Below, one piece after another: positions 19,425 to 27,930 of a stretch of DNA of 43,767 nt; the stretch's first letter is position 1; each line of letters opens with the position of its first letter. The translations under genes and the position numbers were made by a program. Under the pieces are notes generated by a model. That model saw only the letters and a list, made by a program, of their open reading frames with translations, had not been told where the DNA came from and made no database searches. Where the stretch lies: assembly GCA_021443515.1 (NCBI GenBank), contig JABUTT010000067.1:1-43767 (forward strand), written 5' to 3'. Origin of the DNA: Bacteroidales bacterium (GTDB taxonomy: Bacteria > Bacteroidota > Bacteroidia > Bacteroidales > UBA932).

Positions 19425-22400
19425 GTTTGTCTGCTGATTTGAAGATTCGATAATAGGCCACAGGCATTACTGCAAGGATGATAATCATAGAAAGCACGAC
19501 TCCGAAGCAGATTACCACACCCATAGGCATCCAAAGAGGATTATGGGAAATTATCATAGGAAGCACACCGAGAGCGGTTGTGGCAGACGTGAGAAAGATA
19601 GGTCTCATTCGCCTGCTACCCGCCGCCTTTGCTGCATCAAACACAGAATATCCTTCCTTGAAACGGAGTTCTTCGGCATATTCATACATAACTATACCGT
19701 TTCGCACGATGATACCGATGAGACTCACTATACCCAAGACGGATGTCATACCGAAGTCAAGTCCGAATATCCATTCTCCGAAGAAGGCTCCGAATAGACA
19801 GAGCGTACTTACTCCGAGTGTAAGGAGAGATATGCTCGCTTTGCGGAAGTAGGCAAGAAGGAAGGCGAAAAGCACAAGCACGGCAACCACGAAACTTATG
19901 AAAATCTCAGGAATCACATCCGAGTTTATGCTCGAAAGTCCTCCATATTTTATTTCCACGCCTTCAGGCAGGGTTGGATTGATTTCTTCTTTTATGAACT
20001 TGTCTATCTGGGACATTGCCACCGTCTGAGGTTTCCAGAATATCATATCCGCGGCAATGGTTATGCACTCCTGATTGAAACGGCGGTCAATCACTGCTCT
20101 TGTCCAGTCCGGTTTGACTTTAGCCACCTGACGCAAAGGCACCCAGGAATTTGGCATAGCCGTGGGAATCAACTGGTTTTCAAGAGATTCCGCACCATCT
20201 ATATTGTCCCAGTAAAGCCTGATAGGAACATTTGTTCCATCCTCCCACAAAGATGCAATCGTGGTTCCTCCAAGCATCGCCGATAAATTGAGCGAGAGGG
20301 CGGCACGATTTACTCCCAGGCGGGCGCATTCCTGCTCGTCAATATCCAAAGACACTCCAGGGATATATTCATCGTTTGTTGCGTGAACCCAGCGGAGTTG
20401 GTCTGTCATCGTAGCCATATATTCCTTTATGCGGCGCGCAACAGGGGCTGTCGCAGAATAATCGTCTCCAAGCACATAAATCTCCACAGGAGTACTTGCC
20501 GCCTGATAGTCTAATTGACGTATTCTGACGTGGGCATTAGGGAAATAGTGCGAGTACTTCCTGTCAAACTCGGGGAGAAGTTTTTCTGTCATTGCAGAGG
20601 ACTCCGTGCACACAATAAGTTGGCAAAGATTGCTGGAAGGCATACTCGGGGAGTAGGTCACATGGAAGCGTGGGGCAGGGTCGCCTATGAATGCCGTTAC
20701 ACTCTTCACACCCTCCTCTTTCAAGAGAACCTGCTGGAGAGAGTCGCTGACAACCTTAGTCTGGTCTGCACTGCTTCCTTCAGGCAGACGTATTTCTATC
20801 GCAAAACTGTCTCTTTCCGCCATAGGCATCATCTGGATGTTCATATTTGTAAACATCCATATACCTGCCGCAATGGACACTCCTCCAAGGGCTATGGTAA
20901 GACGAGGATACTTGAAGCAAACATCCTCCATCTTGTCGTAGGCTCCCTGAAGGAAGTTGAAGAATTTCATCTGTCCTTTTTCAAAGAGAGACAGTTTTCT
21001 CTCGTCGGTGTCGAGATGTATGAACCTAATCTCAAGCGCAGGAATAATAATCATGGCATATACCAGTGACGCGGCAAGAGAGAAGGCTATTGTCCAAGGG
21101 AAAAGCTGCACAAAGTCGCCGAGAGGTCCCGTGATAAGCACCTTGATTGGGAAGAACATCGCCGAAATTGCCGTTGTCGCAATGAACATAGGCATAAAAA
21201 GTTCCCTCGCCGAAGATATTGCCGCCTCACGAGGCTCGTACCCTTGCTGGAGTTTGGCTATGTAGCCGTCTATGTTTATTATGGAGTCATCCACTATCAT
21301 TCCGAGTACCACAATGAGCGCCGCAAGAGTGACGGTGTTCAACTCTATTCCTGTGATATACATTATGGCAATGGATATGGCGGTACATATCGGAAGGCCG
21401 CTGCTTGCCACAAGAGCCGTCCTTATAGGGAAGAGAAGCAGCATCACGAATATCACAACGAGCATCGATATGAGGAGGTCTCTCAGGAAGGAATAGACCG
21501 AATTGCGCACCACCTTAGGCTGGTCGGTAACCTTATATACCTTTACATCCTCAGGCGTTTTTCCCTCAAATGCGGCAAGCACCTTATCCACTTCCTGCCC
21601 AAACTGGGTGATGTCGTAGCCTTTGCGCATAGACACTGACAAGATGATAGCGTTGTTTCCGTTGTAGTTCACGTCTTTCGACAAAGCGCCATAATGTCTT
21701 TCAAGCGTGGCAACATCCCTGAGGCGGACCAAACTTCCATCCGCAGAAGAGGCAATTACCGTATTGAGAAGTTCTTCCTCCGAAGAAACCATATCGCTGA
21801 TATGAAGAGGATAGACAAGGCCGTCAGAGGATAGCGAACCCGTAGGAACAGTGTTAGTCTGAGTGAAATAGTTCAACATCAGGGCAGAAGGGGCAAGACC
21901 ATAATGAGAAACCCTGTCCTGAGATATTTTAACGGCTATTTCCTCCTGTCTTTCACCATAAATCTTGACTGACCCCATAGTAGGGATTTCATTGAGGGCG
22001 ACCTTCAGGTCCTCAGTAAACTTGTTCAGTTCCCTGTAACTTTTCTGGTTGCTTTCAATGGCAATCAGCAGGCTTGAAGATGAAGAAAAATCATCAACCA
22101 CCACAACTCCAAGCACACCTGGAGGAAACATCTGAGACTTGACGTCCGCTATCTTTCCCCTTATTTTACCCCATACGATGGCATCGTTCTTTACATTGCG
22201 CTGCAAGGTTACATAAATATAGGCTATGCCGTCCCTTGTCACCGACAATGTGCTCTGACGATTGACCTCAGGGAACTCGAAAAGCAGTTGCTCGAGAGGC
22301 TTGGTGAATTCAGCGGCCACCTGCTCTGCCGGAGCTCCCGGATAGATACCTGCAACTATGCCGAGACCATAAGTGAAAGAAGGAAACTCGTCTTTGCTTA

Positions 22401-22530
22401 TATTCTTCATCGAGAAGATACCGAAACCCGCTATCGCAAGGATAACAAGTTGGACGAGGGCGGCATTGTCTATGCACCCCGCAATAAAACCTCCCGGCTT
22501 GAATATCTTCTTTTCTTTATTACTTGACAT
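19417..22530 (-). CDS. RND efflux permease (AcrB/AcrD/AcrF family)
   Basis: 1037 aa; YPGA, GMIVDDSII (TM4 Asp pair), VRNGIV, RRMRPIFLTSATTALG. Confidence 0.95.
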   Translation of the reverse strand: MSSNKEKKIFKPGGFIAGCIDNAALVQLVILAIAGFGIFSMKNISKDEFPSFTYGLGIVAGIYPGAPAEQVAAEFTKPLEQLLFEFPEVNRQSTLSVTRDGIAYIYVTLQRNVKNDAIVWGKIRGKIADVKSQMFPPGVLGVVVVDDFSSSSSLLIAIESNQKSYRELNKFTEDLKVALNEIPTMGSVKIYGERQEEIAVKISQDRVSHYGLAPSALMLNYFTQTNTVPTGSLSSDGLVYPLHISDMVSSEEELLNTVIASSADGSLVRLRDVATLERHYGALSKDVNYNGNNAIILSVSMRKGYDITQFGQEVDKVLAAFEGKTPEDVKVYKVTDQPKVVRNSVYSFLRDLLISMLVVIFVMLLLFPIRTALVASSGLPICTAISIAIMYITGIELNTVTLAALIVVLGMIVDDSIINIDGYIAKLQQGYEPREAAISSARELFMPMFIATTAISAMFFPIKVLITGPLGDFVQLFPWTIAFSLAASLVYAMIIIPALEIRFIHLDTDERKLSLFEKGQMKFFNFLQGAYDKMEDVCFKYPRLTIALGGVSIAAGIWMFTNMNIQMMPMAERDSFAIEIRLPEGSSADQTKVVSDSLQQVLLKEEGVKSVTAFIGDPAPRFHVTYSPSMPSSNLCQLIVCTESSAMTEKLLPEFDRKYSHYFPNAHVRIRQLDYQAASTPVEIYVLGDDYSATAPVARRIKEYMATMTDQLRWVHATNDEYIPGVSLDIDEQECARLGVNRAALSLNLSAMLGGTTIASLWEDGTNVPIRLYWDNIDGAESLENQLIPTAMPNSWVPLRQVAKVKPDWTRAVIDRRFNQECITIAADMIFWKPQTVAMSQIDKFIKEEINPTLPEGVEIKYGGLSSINSDVIPEIFISFVVAVLVLFAFLLAYFRKASISLLTLGVSTLCLFGAFFGEWIFGLDFGMTSVLGIVSLIGIIVRNGIVMYEYAEELRFKEGYSVFDAAKAAGSRRMRPIFLTSATTALGVLPMIISHNPLWMPMGVVICFGVVLSMIIILAVMPVAYYRIFKSADKHE

Positions 22531-23554
22531 TACGAACTTCTATATTCATTCCTTCGCTCACCTTCTGATAACCTTCAATTATCACTTCGTCCCCTTCGTT
22601 CAAACCCGAGAGCACGACGATACCGCCCTTTGTAAAGTCACCGACAGTGATTTTGCGGCGGACAGCCTTTCCGTCTTCGTTAATCCACACGAACTTTGAT
22701 GAATCCATATCAAGTATAACCGCATTGGAAGGTAGGACAGTGGCTTTTGACACCCCGTTGCCATCCTCCACCTTAATCTCACAAAGCATACCCGGACGAA
22801 GAAGGTTTCCCGGATTAGGCATATCCACGGTCAAAGAATAGGTATGGTTGAACATATTTGCCTTGAGGGCAACCTCTTTTACAGTTCCCGATATTACCTG
22901 ATTGGTTGAGGCCACGCTCACCTTGGCTCTCTGTCCCGGCCTGAACAGGGTTATCTCCCTTTCGGGCACAGAAAATCTTGCAATGAGCCTGTCGGTCTGG
23001 AGAAGGACAACTGCACTCATTCCGGGGCCTATATTTGTTCCCGCCTTTGCATTGACGGTTCCGGCCCAGCCATCCGCAGGAGAGACCAGGGTGCAGTTTT
23101 CAAGACTCTTTTTTGCCAATGTGTATAATGACCTTGCCTTTGCAAGATCGGTCTGCATCTCAATCCACTTGACTTCGGTCACGGCTCCCTCCTTATAGAC
23201 CTGTTCCATCCTTCTATAACCGTCCTCAGCCTGTTTCAACACCGCTTCGGCACTCTCAAAAGAGGCCTGTGCAGAGGTCTTGTCGAGAGTTGCAAGCACA
23301 TCCCCTTTGGATATTTTCGCACCTTCACGGACAAAGACCTGCTCAATTGTTCCTGCAGTGGCAAAACTAAGTGAAAGAGATGTCGACTCCTCGAGGATTC
23401 CACTGTATGAAAAGTCCTTGGAGGCGCGGTCAAAGGCAATCTTTTGGACCGTCACTGGAATAGGGTCGGTAACGGCAGTCTCCGTCTTAGCCCTCCCACC
23501 ACCACACGAGGTAGCGGCAAGAACGACAGTGGTAATTATTATCCAACGTTTCAT
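22520..23554 (-). CDS. RND periplasmic adaptor (membrane fusion protein)
   Basis: Lipobox ATSC; LSFATAGTI...VREG; coiled-coil hairpin; SPADG; LRPGM; GLNEGDEVI. Confidence 0.93.
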   Translation of the reverse strand: MKRWIIITTVVLAATSCGGGRAKTETAVTDPIPVTVQKIAFDRASKDFSYSGILEESTSLSLSFATAGTIEQVFVREGAKISKGDVLATLDKTSAQASFESAEAVLKQAEDGYRRMEQVYKEGAVTEVKWIEMQTDLAKARSLYTLAKKSLENCTLVSPADGWAGTVNAKAGTNIGPGMSAVVLLQTDRLIARFSVPEREITLFRPGQRAKVSVASTNQVISGTVKEVALKANMFNHTYSLTVDMPNPGNLLRPGMLCEIKVEDGNGVSKATVLPSNAVILDMDSSKFVWINEDGKAVRRKITVGDFTKGGIVVLSGLNEGDEVIIEGYQKVSEGMNIEVRNVK

Positions 23555-23556
23555 TA

Positions 23557-24108
23557 CTATTTATTTTTTTCTGCGGCTGTGGTGATGTTATCGCCACTGA
23601 CAAGGATTTTTCGGTATTCGTTGTCTCCAAATACCAGAGGTATTTCTGTGGTTATCCTGAAATCCTTGTTAAATACCTCGTAGGCAAGTGTGTCTGCAGG
23701 GGTAACGCCGCGATAACTCTCGTTGATTACAAGTGTGGAACTTCTGTAAAGACGACCTTTGCCGCTTACAACTACATCAACAGTTGCATTCACTGTCTCG
23801 GTGATATAGGCTGCCACCTTCCTGTTGTAAGTATAGAAGAGAGAGTCTCCCGAAATGCTGGCAGGAATCACAATGACGGTTCCGCCTGAGACATTCTTCA
23901 CCAGGGAAACCTTATCATCAGATTCCTTGACAATGTTTATCCAGCCGGTCTCTGTCTGCAAAGGACGATAGACCGAAAGGGTGTCCTCCGTTGCCATAGT
24001 GAGTCCGCCGCTCGTCTTGAATGAATAGACTGCGGTAAAATCCCCGATGGAGGTCTTTGTGCAGGCTGCAAGGGCAAGCACTGCAACAAACGATAATATC
24101 TTCTTCAT
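23557..24108 (-). CDS. Hypothetical lipoprotein
   Basis: MKK signal with lipobox LAAC; beta-rich; 1-2 nt gaps to both neighbours. Confidence 0.75.
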   Translation of the reverse strand: MKKILSFVAVLALAACTKTSIGDFTAVYSFKTSGGLTMATEDTLSVYRPLQTETGWINIVKESDDKVSLVKNVSGGTVIVIPASISGDSLFYTYNRKVAAYITETVNATVDVVVSGKGRLYRSSTLVINESYRGVTPADTLAYEVFNKDFRITTEIPLVFGDNEYRKILVSGDNITTAAEKNK

Positions 24109-24109
24109 G

Positions 24110-26176
24110 TTATTTCAATCCACGTGCTTTAAGAAGGGCGTCAGGATTAGGGTCTGAGCCACGGAAATTATGATAAAGTATCATAGGTTCCTCTGAACTT
24201 CCCTTTTCGAGAATGTTCTTGCGGAATGACTGTGCAGACTCCTGGTCGAAGATACCTTTCTGCTTGAACACTTCGAAGGCGTCCTTGTCGAGAACTTCTG
24301 CCCAGAGATAAGAGTAGTAACCTGCACTGTAACCATTGTTGAAAATATGGTTGAAGTAGGTTGAACGATAGCGAGGTATTATTTCGCAAATGAGACCCGC
24401 CTCGGTCATTGCATTTGCTTCAAAAGCCTCAACAAAGGCCTTAGCCTCTTCTGCGCTCACATTTTCGTACTTTGGAGCCTCAGAGATTTCGTGCCACTTC
24501 ATATCAAGGATGGACGCGGCAGTGAGTTCTGTGGTTGCAAAACCCTGGAAGAAGTTTGAAGAAGCCTTGATTTTCTCAACGAGTTCGTCAGGAATTACCT
24601 CGCCTGTCTCATAGTGGAAAGCGTAAGTTGAAAGAACCTCTTTCTGGAAAGCCCAGTTTTCATTGAACTGAGAAGGGAGTTCCACAAAGTCACGCTTTAC
24701 TGAAGTGCCGGCATCGCTGCGGTAGGTAGTCTTCGTAAGAAGGCCATGAAGGGCGTGGCCGAACTCGTGGAACATGGTCGAAACCTCATCGATTGTAAGA
24801 AGCGACGGCTTGGTAGCAGTAGGTTTTGTGAAATTGCCTACATTCACAATCACAGGACGGAGACCTTCATAGCCGCAAGCCTGTGCAAATTCAGTCATCC
24901 ACGCGCCACCACGCTTCGTTGCACGAGGATAGTAATCGGTGAGAATGATACCCAGGAGGCTACCGTCAGAGTCCACAACCTTGAAAGCCTCAACCTCAGG
25001 ATAGTATTTAGGAGCATTCTCCACAGGTTCAAAAGAGATGCCGTAGAGTTTGCTTGCTGTGGCAAATACGCCATTGCGCACATTCTCCATCTTGAAATAT
25101 GGCTTGGTGTCGTCTTCAGAAAGGGCATAATCTCTTTGACGGATTTTCTCGGCGTAGTAGAAAAGATCCCAAGGCTGAATTTTCTCGGAAGAAAGTTCCT
25201 GCATCTTTGCAATTTCCTCCTTTGCAACTTTCACTGCAGGCTTCATTATGCTCTCAAGGAAGGTGTCAACTGCCTCAGGAGTTCCTGCCATAGTGTTTGT
25301 GAGTATCATCTGGGCAGGTGTTTCAAAGCCGAGAAGATGAGCCTTCTCAACTCTGAGAGCCATTATCTCGAGGATGTTGCGATTGTTGTCGAACTCGTCT
25401 CCGTTGCAACGATTGCTGTAAGCCCTAAACATCTTCTCCCTAAGGTCACGATTGTCAGCAAAAGTCATAAAGGCAGTGTAAGAAGCATTTGTAAGGTGGA
25501 AGTGATATTTTCCGTCCTCTCCCTTAGCTCCTTCGAGAGCCGCCTCAGGCAGACCTGCTATTTCTTCAGGCTCGCTGACCACAAGGTCAAAAGCATTGTT
25601 GGCTGAAAGAATGTTGTCGCCAAACTTCTGCTGGAGTTCGCTAAGGCGTGCATTTATCTCCTTCATCCTTTCCTTAGCCTCGCCCTCGAGACCTACGCCG
25701 CCCATAATGAAGCCTCTGTAGGAATCTTTCACTATCATCTGCTGCTCACGAGTAAGTCCTTCCATATTGTTATAAACAGCCTCAACTCTTTTGAAAAGAG
25801 CCTCGTTGGTGGAAATCTCGCTGGAATGGATTGACACAAGACCCATAGCCTCAATCACGATGTCCTTGAGTGTTGGGGTTGCATCAGACTCTGAAAGATT
25901 GAAGAGAACCATAGCCGTCTTATTGAGAAGCAGACCAGATTTATCGAGAGCCAAAAGGGTATTTTCGAAAGTCGGAGCTTCAGGGTTTGAAATAATAGCC
26001 TCAATCTCCTGTTTGTTCTGCTTGATACCCTCCTTGATTGCAGGAAGATAGTGGGCTTCCTTGATTTTCTCGAAAGGAGGTATTCCATAAGGGGTGTCCC
26101 ATTCCTCAAAGAACGGATTGGTGGAACAAGATACTAAAGAAGCAAGCGCTGCTGCCATAATGATGATTTTTTTCAT
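24110..26176 (-). CDS. dcp: M3A metallopeptidase (peptidyl-dipeptidase Dcp-like), lipoprotein
   Basis: NPFF...TPYGIPPF, KRGGAW, FHEFGHALH, DFVELPSQFNE, YSAGYYSYLWAEVLD; lipobox LVSC. Confidence 0.9.
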   Translation of the reverse strand: MKKIIIMAAALASLVSCSTNPFFEEWDTPYGIPPFEKIKEAHYLPAIKEGIKQNKQEIEAIISNPEAPTFENTLLALDKSGLLLNKTAMVLFNLSESDATPTLKDIVIEAMGLVSIHSSEISTNEALFKRVEAVYNNMEGLTREQQMIVKDSYRGFIMGGVGLEGEAKERMKEINARLSELQQKFGDNILSANNAFDLVVSEPEEIAGLPEAALEGAKGEDGKYHFHLTNASYTAFMTFADNRDLREKMFRAYSNRCNGDEFDNNRNILEIMALRVEKAHLLGFETPAQMILTNTMAGTPEAVDTFLESIMKPAVKVAKEEIAKMQELSSEKIQPWDLFYYAEKIRQRDYALSEDDTKPYFKMENVRNGVFATASKLYGISFEPVENAPKYYPEVEAFKVVDSDGSLLGIILTDYYPRATKRGGAWMTEFAQACGYEGLRPVIVNVGNFTKPTATKPSLLTIDEVSTMFHEFGHALHGLLTKTTYRSDAGTSVKRDFVELPSQFNENWAFQKEVLSTYAFHYETGEVIPDELVEKIKASSNFFQGFATTELTAASILDMKWHEISEAPKYENVSAEEAKAFVEAFEANAMTEAGLICEIIPRYRSTYFNHIFNNGYSAGYYSYLWAEVLDKDAFEVFKQKGIFDQESAQSFRKNILEKGSSEEPMILYHNFRGSDPNPDALLKARGLK

Positions 26177-26237
26177 TGTATTTGATATTTATAATTATTT
26201 GTCTATTGGTGATTCCTTGAAAATATAGTAGTCTGTT

Positions 26238-27062
26238 TTATAATAATGAACTCAATGTGTCGTAATAGCGTTTTGTGACAGGAACCTTGGTGCTTGCAAG
26301 ATCATCCATCTGGGCGAATATCATTCCCTCCTTGTCCTTGCTGAGCACACTTATGCGATTCACTTTCACGAAGTATGAACGATGACATCTGAGAAGACCT
26401 GCATTACGACATATATCCTCAATCGCCGCCATTGAAGAGCGAAGCACATATTGTTTGAGAGCATGCTTCTCGGTGTAATGAATACATATATAGTTATCCT
26501 GTGCCTCGATGTAGAGCAGGTCGCTCGAAGAAACGATGAGTTTCAGATTGCGGGAGGCATCATAAAACTTAACCCTTTCCTGCTGATTGTCCTTGTAGGA
26601 AGCAGAGTCCTCATTCTTTCCTATTATAAAGAAAATGGTAGTAATGATAAAATATGGAAAGATTACTATTGAGAGAAAATATCCGATAGTATTGAGAAGA
26701 ATGGAAAAATAGTGGGAATTGCTGTCCTGCTTTACAAGACTCAAAAAGAGGGCTATGAAACAGCAAGTTACCATGACCTCAAGAAAAACCCAAGTAAAAT
26801 ACTGAAGCCACCCCGTCTGTCTCACAGTCCTCGTGAAGAAGAATATCAATCGGCAGATAAGATAGACGAGGGTTGTGATTGCAAGGGATATGGATATGTT
26901 GAATGTGAACGACGTCCTGTTGTACTCCAATACTTCCTGAAGGTTGAAAGGATTATACAGTAGGACAAAGGCCATAGTGAATATAGGTATGCCGAGAAAG
27001 TGGGCTACCTGAAATCCCATACGGTTGAAAATCTTTGGAAAATACTTTTCTACAGTTGCCAT
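26238..27062 (-). CDS. Membrane-anchored LytTR family transcriptional regulator
   Basis: About 4 N-terminal TM segments; C-terminal LLYIEAQDNY...LLRCHRSYFV...VPVTKRY LytTR domain. Confidence 0.92.
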   Translation of the reverse strand: MATVEKYFPKIFNRMGFQVAHFLGIPIFTMAFVLLYNPFNLQEVLEYNRTSFTFNISISLAITTLVYLICRLIFFFTRTVRQTGWLQYFTWVFLEVMVTCCFIALFLSLVKQDSNSHYFSILLNTIGYFLSIVIFPYFIITTIFFIIGKNEDSASYKDNQQERVKFYDASRNLKLIVSSSDLLYIEAQDNYICIHYTEKHALKQYVLRSSMAAIEDICRNAGLLRCHRSYFVKVNRISVLSKDKEGMIFAQMDDLASTKVPVTKRYYDTLSSLL

Positions 27063-27116
27063 TTTAGTTGAAAATTTACCCCATACACATAGGGGCGAAA
27101 ATCAAAATATATTTTA

Positions 27117-27187
27117 TTTCGCCACAAATATAGCATTTTTATCACAAAATACAGCGGTTTAGCCACATTTTCAATTCTCTTATCACA
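27117..27187. promoter_or_regulatory. Four phased 10-bp direct repeats (putative LytTR operator array)
   Basis: TTTCGCCACA 27117, TTTTATCACA 27137, TTTAGCCACA 27158, TCTTATCACA 27178 (periods 20/21/20); repeat 1 overlaps the minus-strand TATATTTG box at 27125-27132. Confidence 0.75.
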
Positions 27188-27191
27188 CTTG

Positions 27192-27223
27192 TTTGACAAG
27201 GGCCCACCGCATATATAACTTTG
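27192..27223 (+). promoter_or_regulatory. Bacteroidota sigma70 promoter (-33/-7)
   Basis: TTTG 27192-27195, 20-nt spacer, TAACTTTG 27216-27223. Confidence 0.75.
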
Positions 27224-27244
27224 CATTGCAAACAAACTAAAACT

Positions 27245-27847
27245 ATGATTGTTATGACAACGATTGCATACAACAGAATGACAAAGGCGTTTTTCGAAAG
27301 AACGGGCGCTGTTACTATAAACCTAACCAAATTACTAACAAGACGTTCCCGTCTCGAGAAGGAACTTGCACAGATACACGCAGGTGCGAAGGTGATTATC
27401 GAATTCGGAGGAGACAACTGTCGCTTCGACTGGAAGAACATCGCCAGGAATGTCAACGGTATCCACCTCCCCAAAACCTCCATCGAGGAATTTCACTCAA
27501 CCTACAAGAAAGTGATTGACGTGGTAAAAGAGAAAGGAGCCGTGCCTGTCCTTCTCGGCCTTGCGCCTATCGACAGCGAGAAGTATTTCAGCTTCATCAA
27601 GGACGCAAAGCGCAGAGAGCAGATTACAAGTTGGTTGGGCGGCAACTACCTTTACCTTGCGAACATTCACGAAAAGTATGTTCAGGAGGTTAAGCGCATT
27701 GCCAAGCAGGAGGAAGCAGAGTATGTAGATGTGGCGAGCATCTTCCGCACAAGCGCAGACTTTGACAAGTACCTCGAGAAAGATGGCATTTCCCTGAATA
27801 AGGCCGGATACCTCAGGGTTCAAGGTCTTGTTCAAGACATAATGTAA
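27245..27847 (+). CDS. SGNH/GDSL-fold protein with degenerate active site
   Basis: IIEFGGDNCRFDW, HLPKT, PIDSEKYF, WLGG, DGISLN resemble the GDSL-2 fold; no GDS block; ATG after an A-rich tract downstream of the promoter. Confidence 0.75.
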   Translation: MIVMTTIAYNRMTKAFFERTGAVTINLTKLLTRRSRLEKELAQIHAGAKVIIEFGGDNCRFDWKNIARNVNGIHLPKTSIEEFHSTYKKVIDVVKEKGAVPVLLGLAPIDSEKYFSFIKDAKRREQITSWLGGNYLYLANIHEKYVQEVKRIAKQEEAEYVDVASIFRTSADFDKYLEKDGISLNKAGYLRVQGLVQDIM

Positions 27848-27871
27848 TTACAGTTTCTTTTTTAGTTTTTG

Positions 27872-27907
27872 AAAAAAGTGGGACCCCCTGTGAAGGAAGT
27901 CCCACTT
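27872..27907 (-). terminator. Intrinsic terminator of the TBDT-lipoprotein operon
   Basis: Minus strand AAGTGGGACTTCCT-TCAC-AGGGGGTCCCACTT followed by a U run. Confidence 0.8.
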
Positions 27908-27930
27908 AATTATTTATGTAGATAGGTTAA

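Noticed and set aside
27221-27244. Extended ORF-track starts (27221, 11476, 11433, 3594, 33030, 35486, 42613)
   Set aside because: They fall in or next to promoter boxes, overlap an upstream gene, or add non-homologous N-termini; downstream ATGs after A-rich tracts fit better
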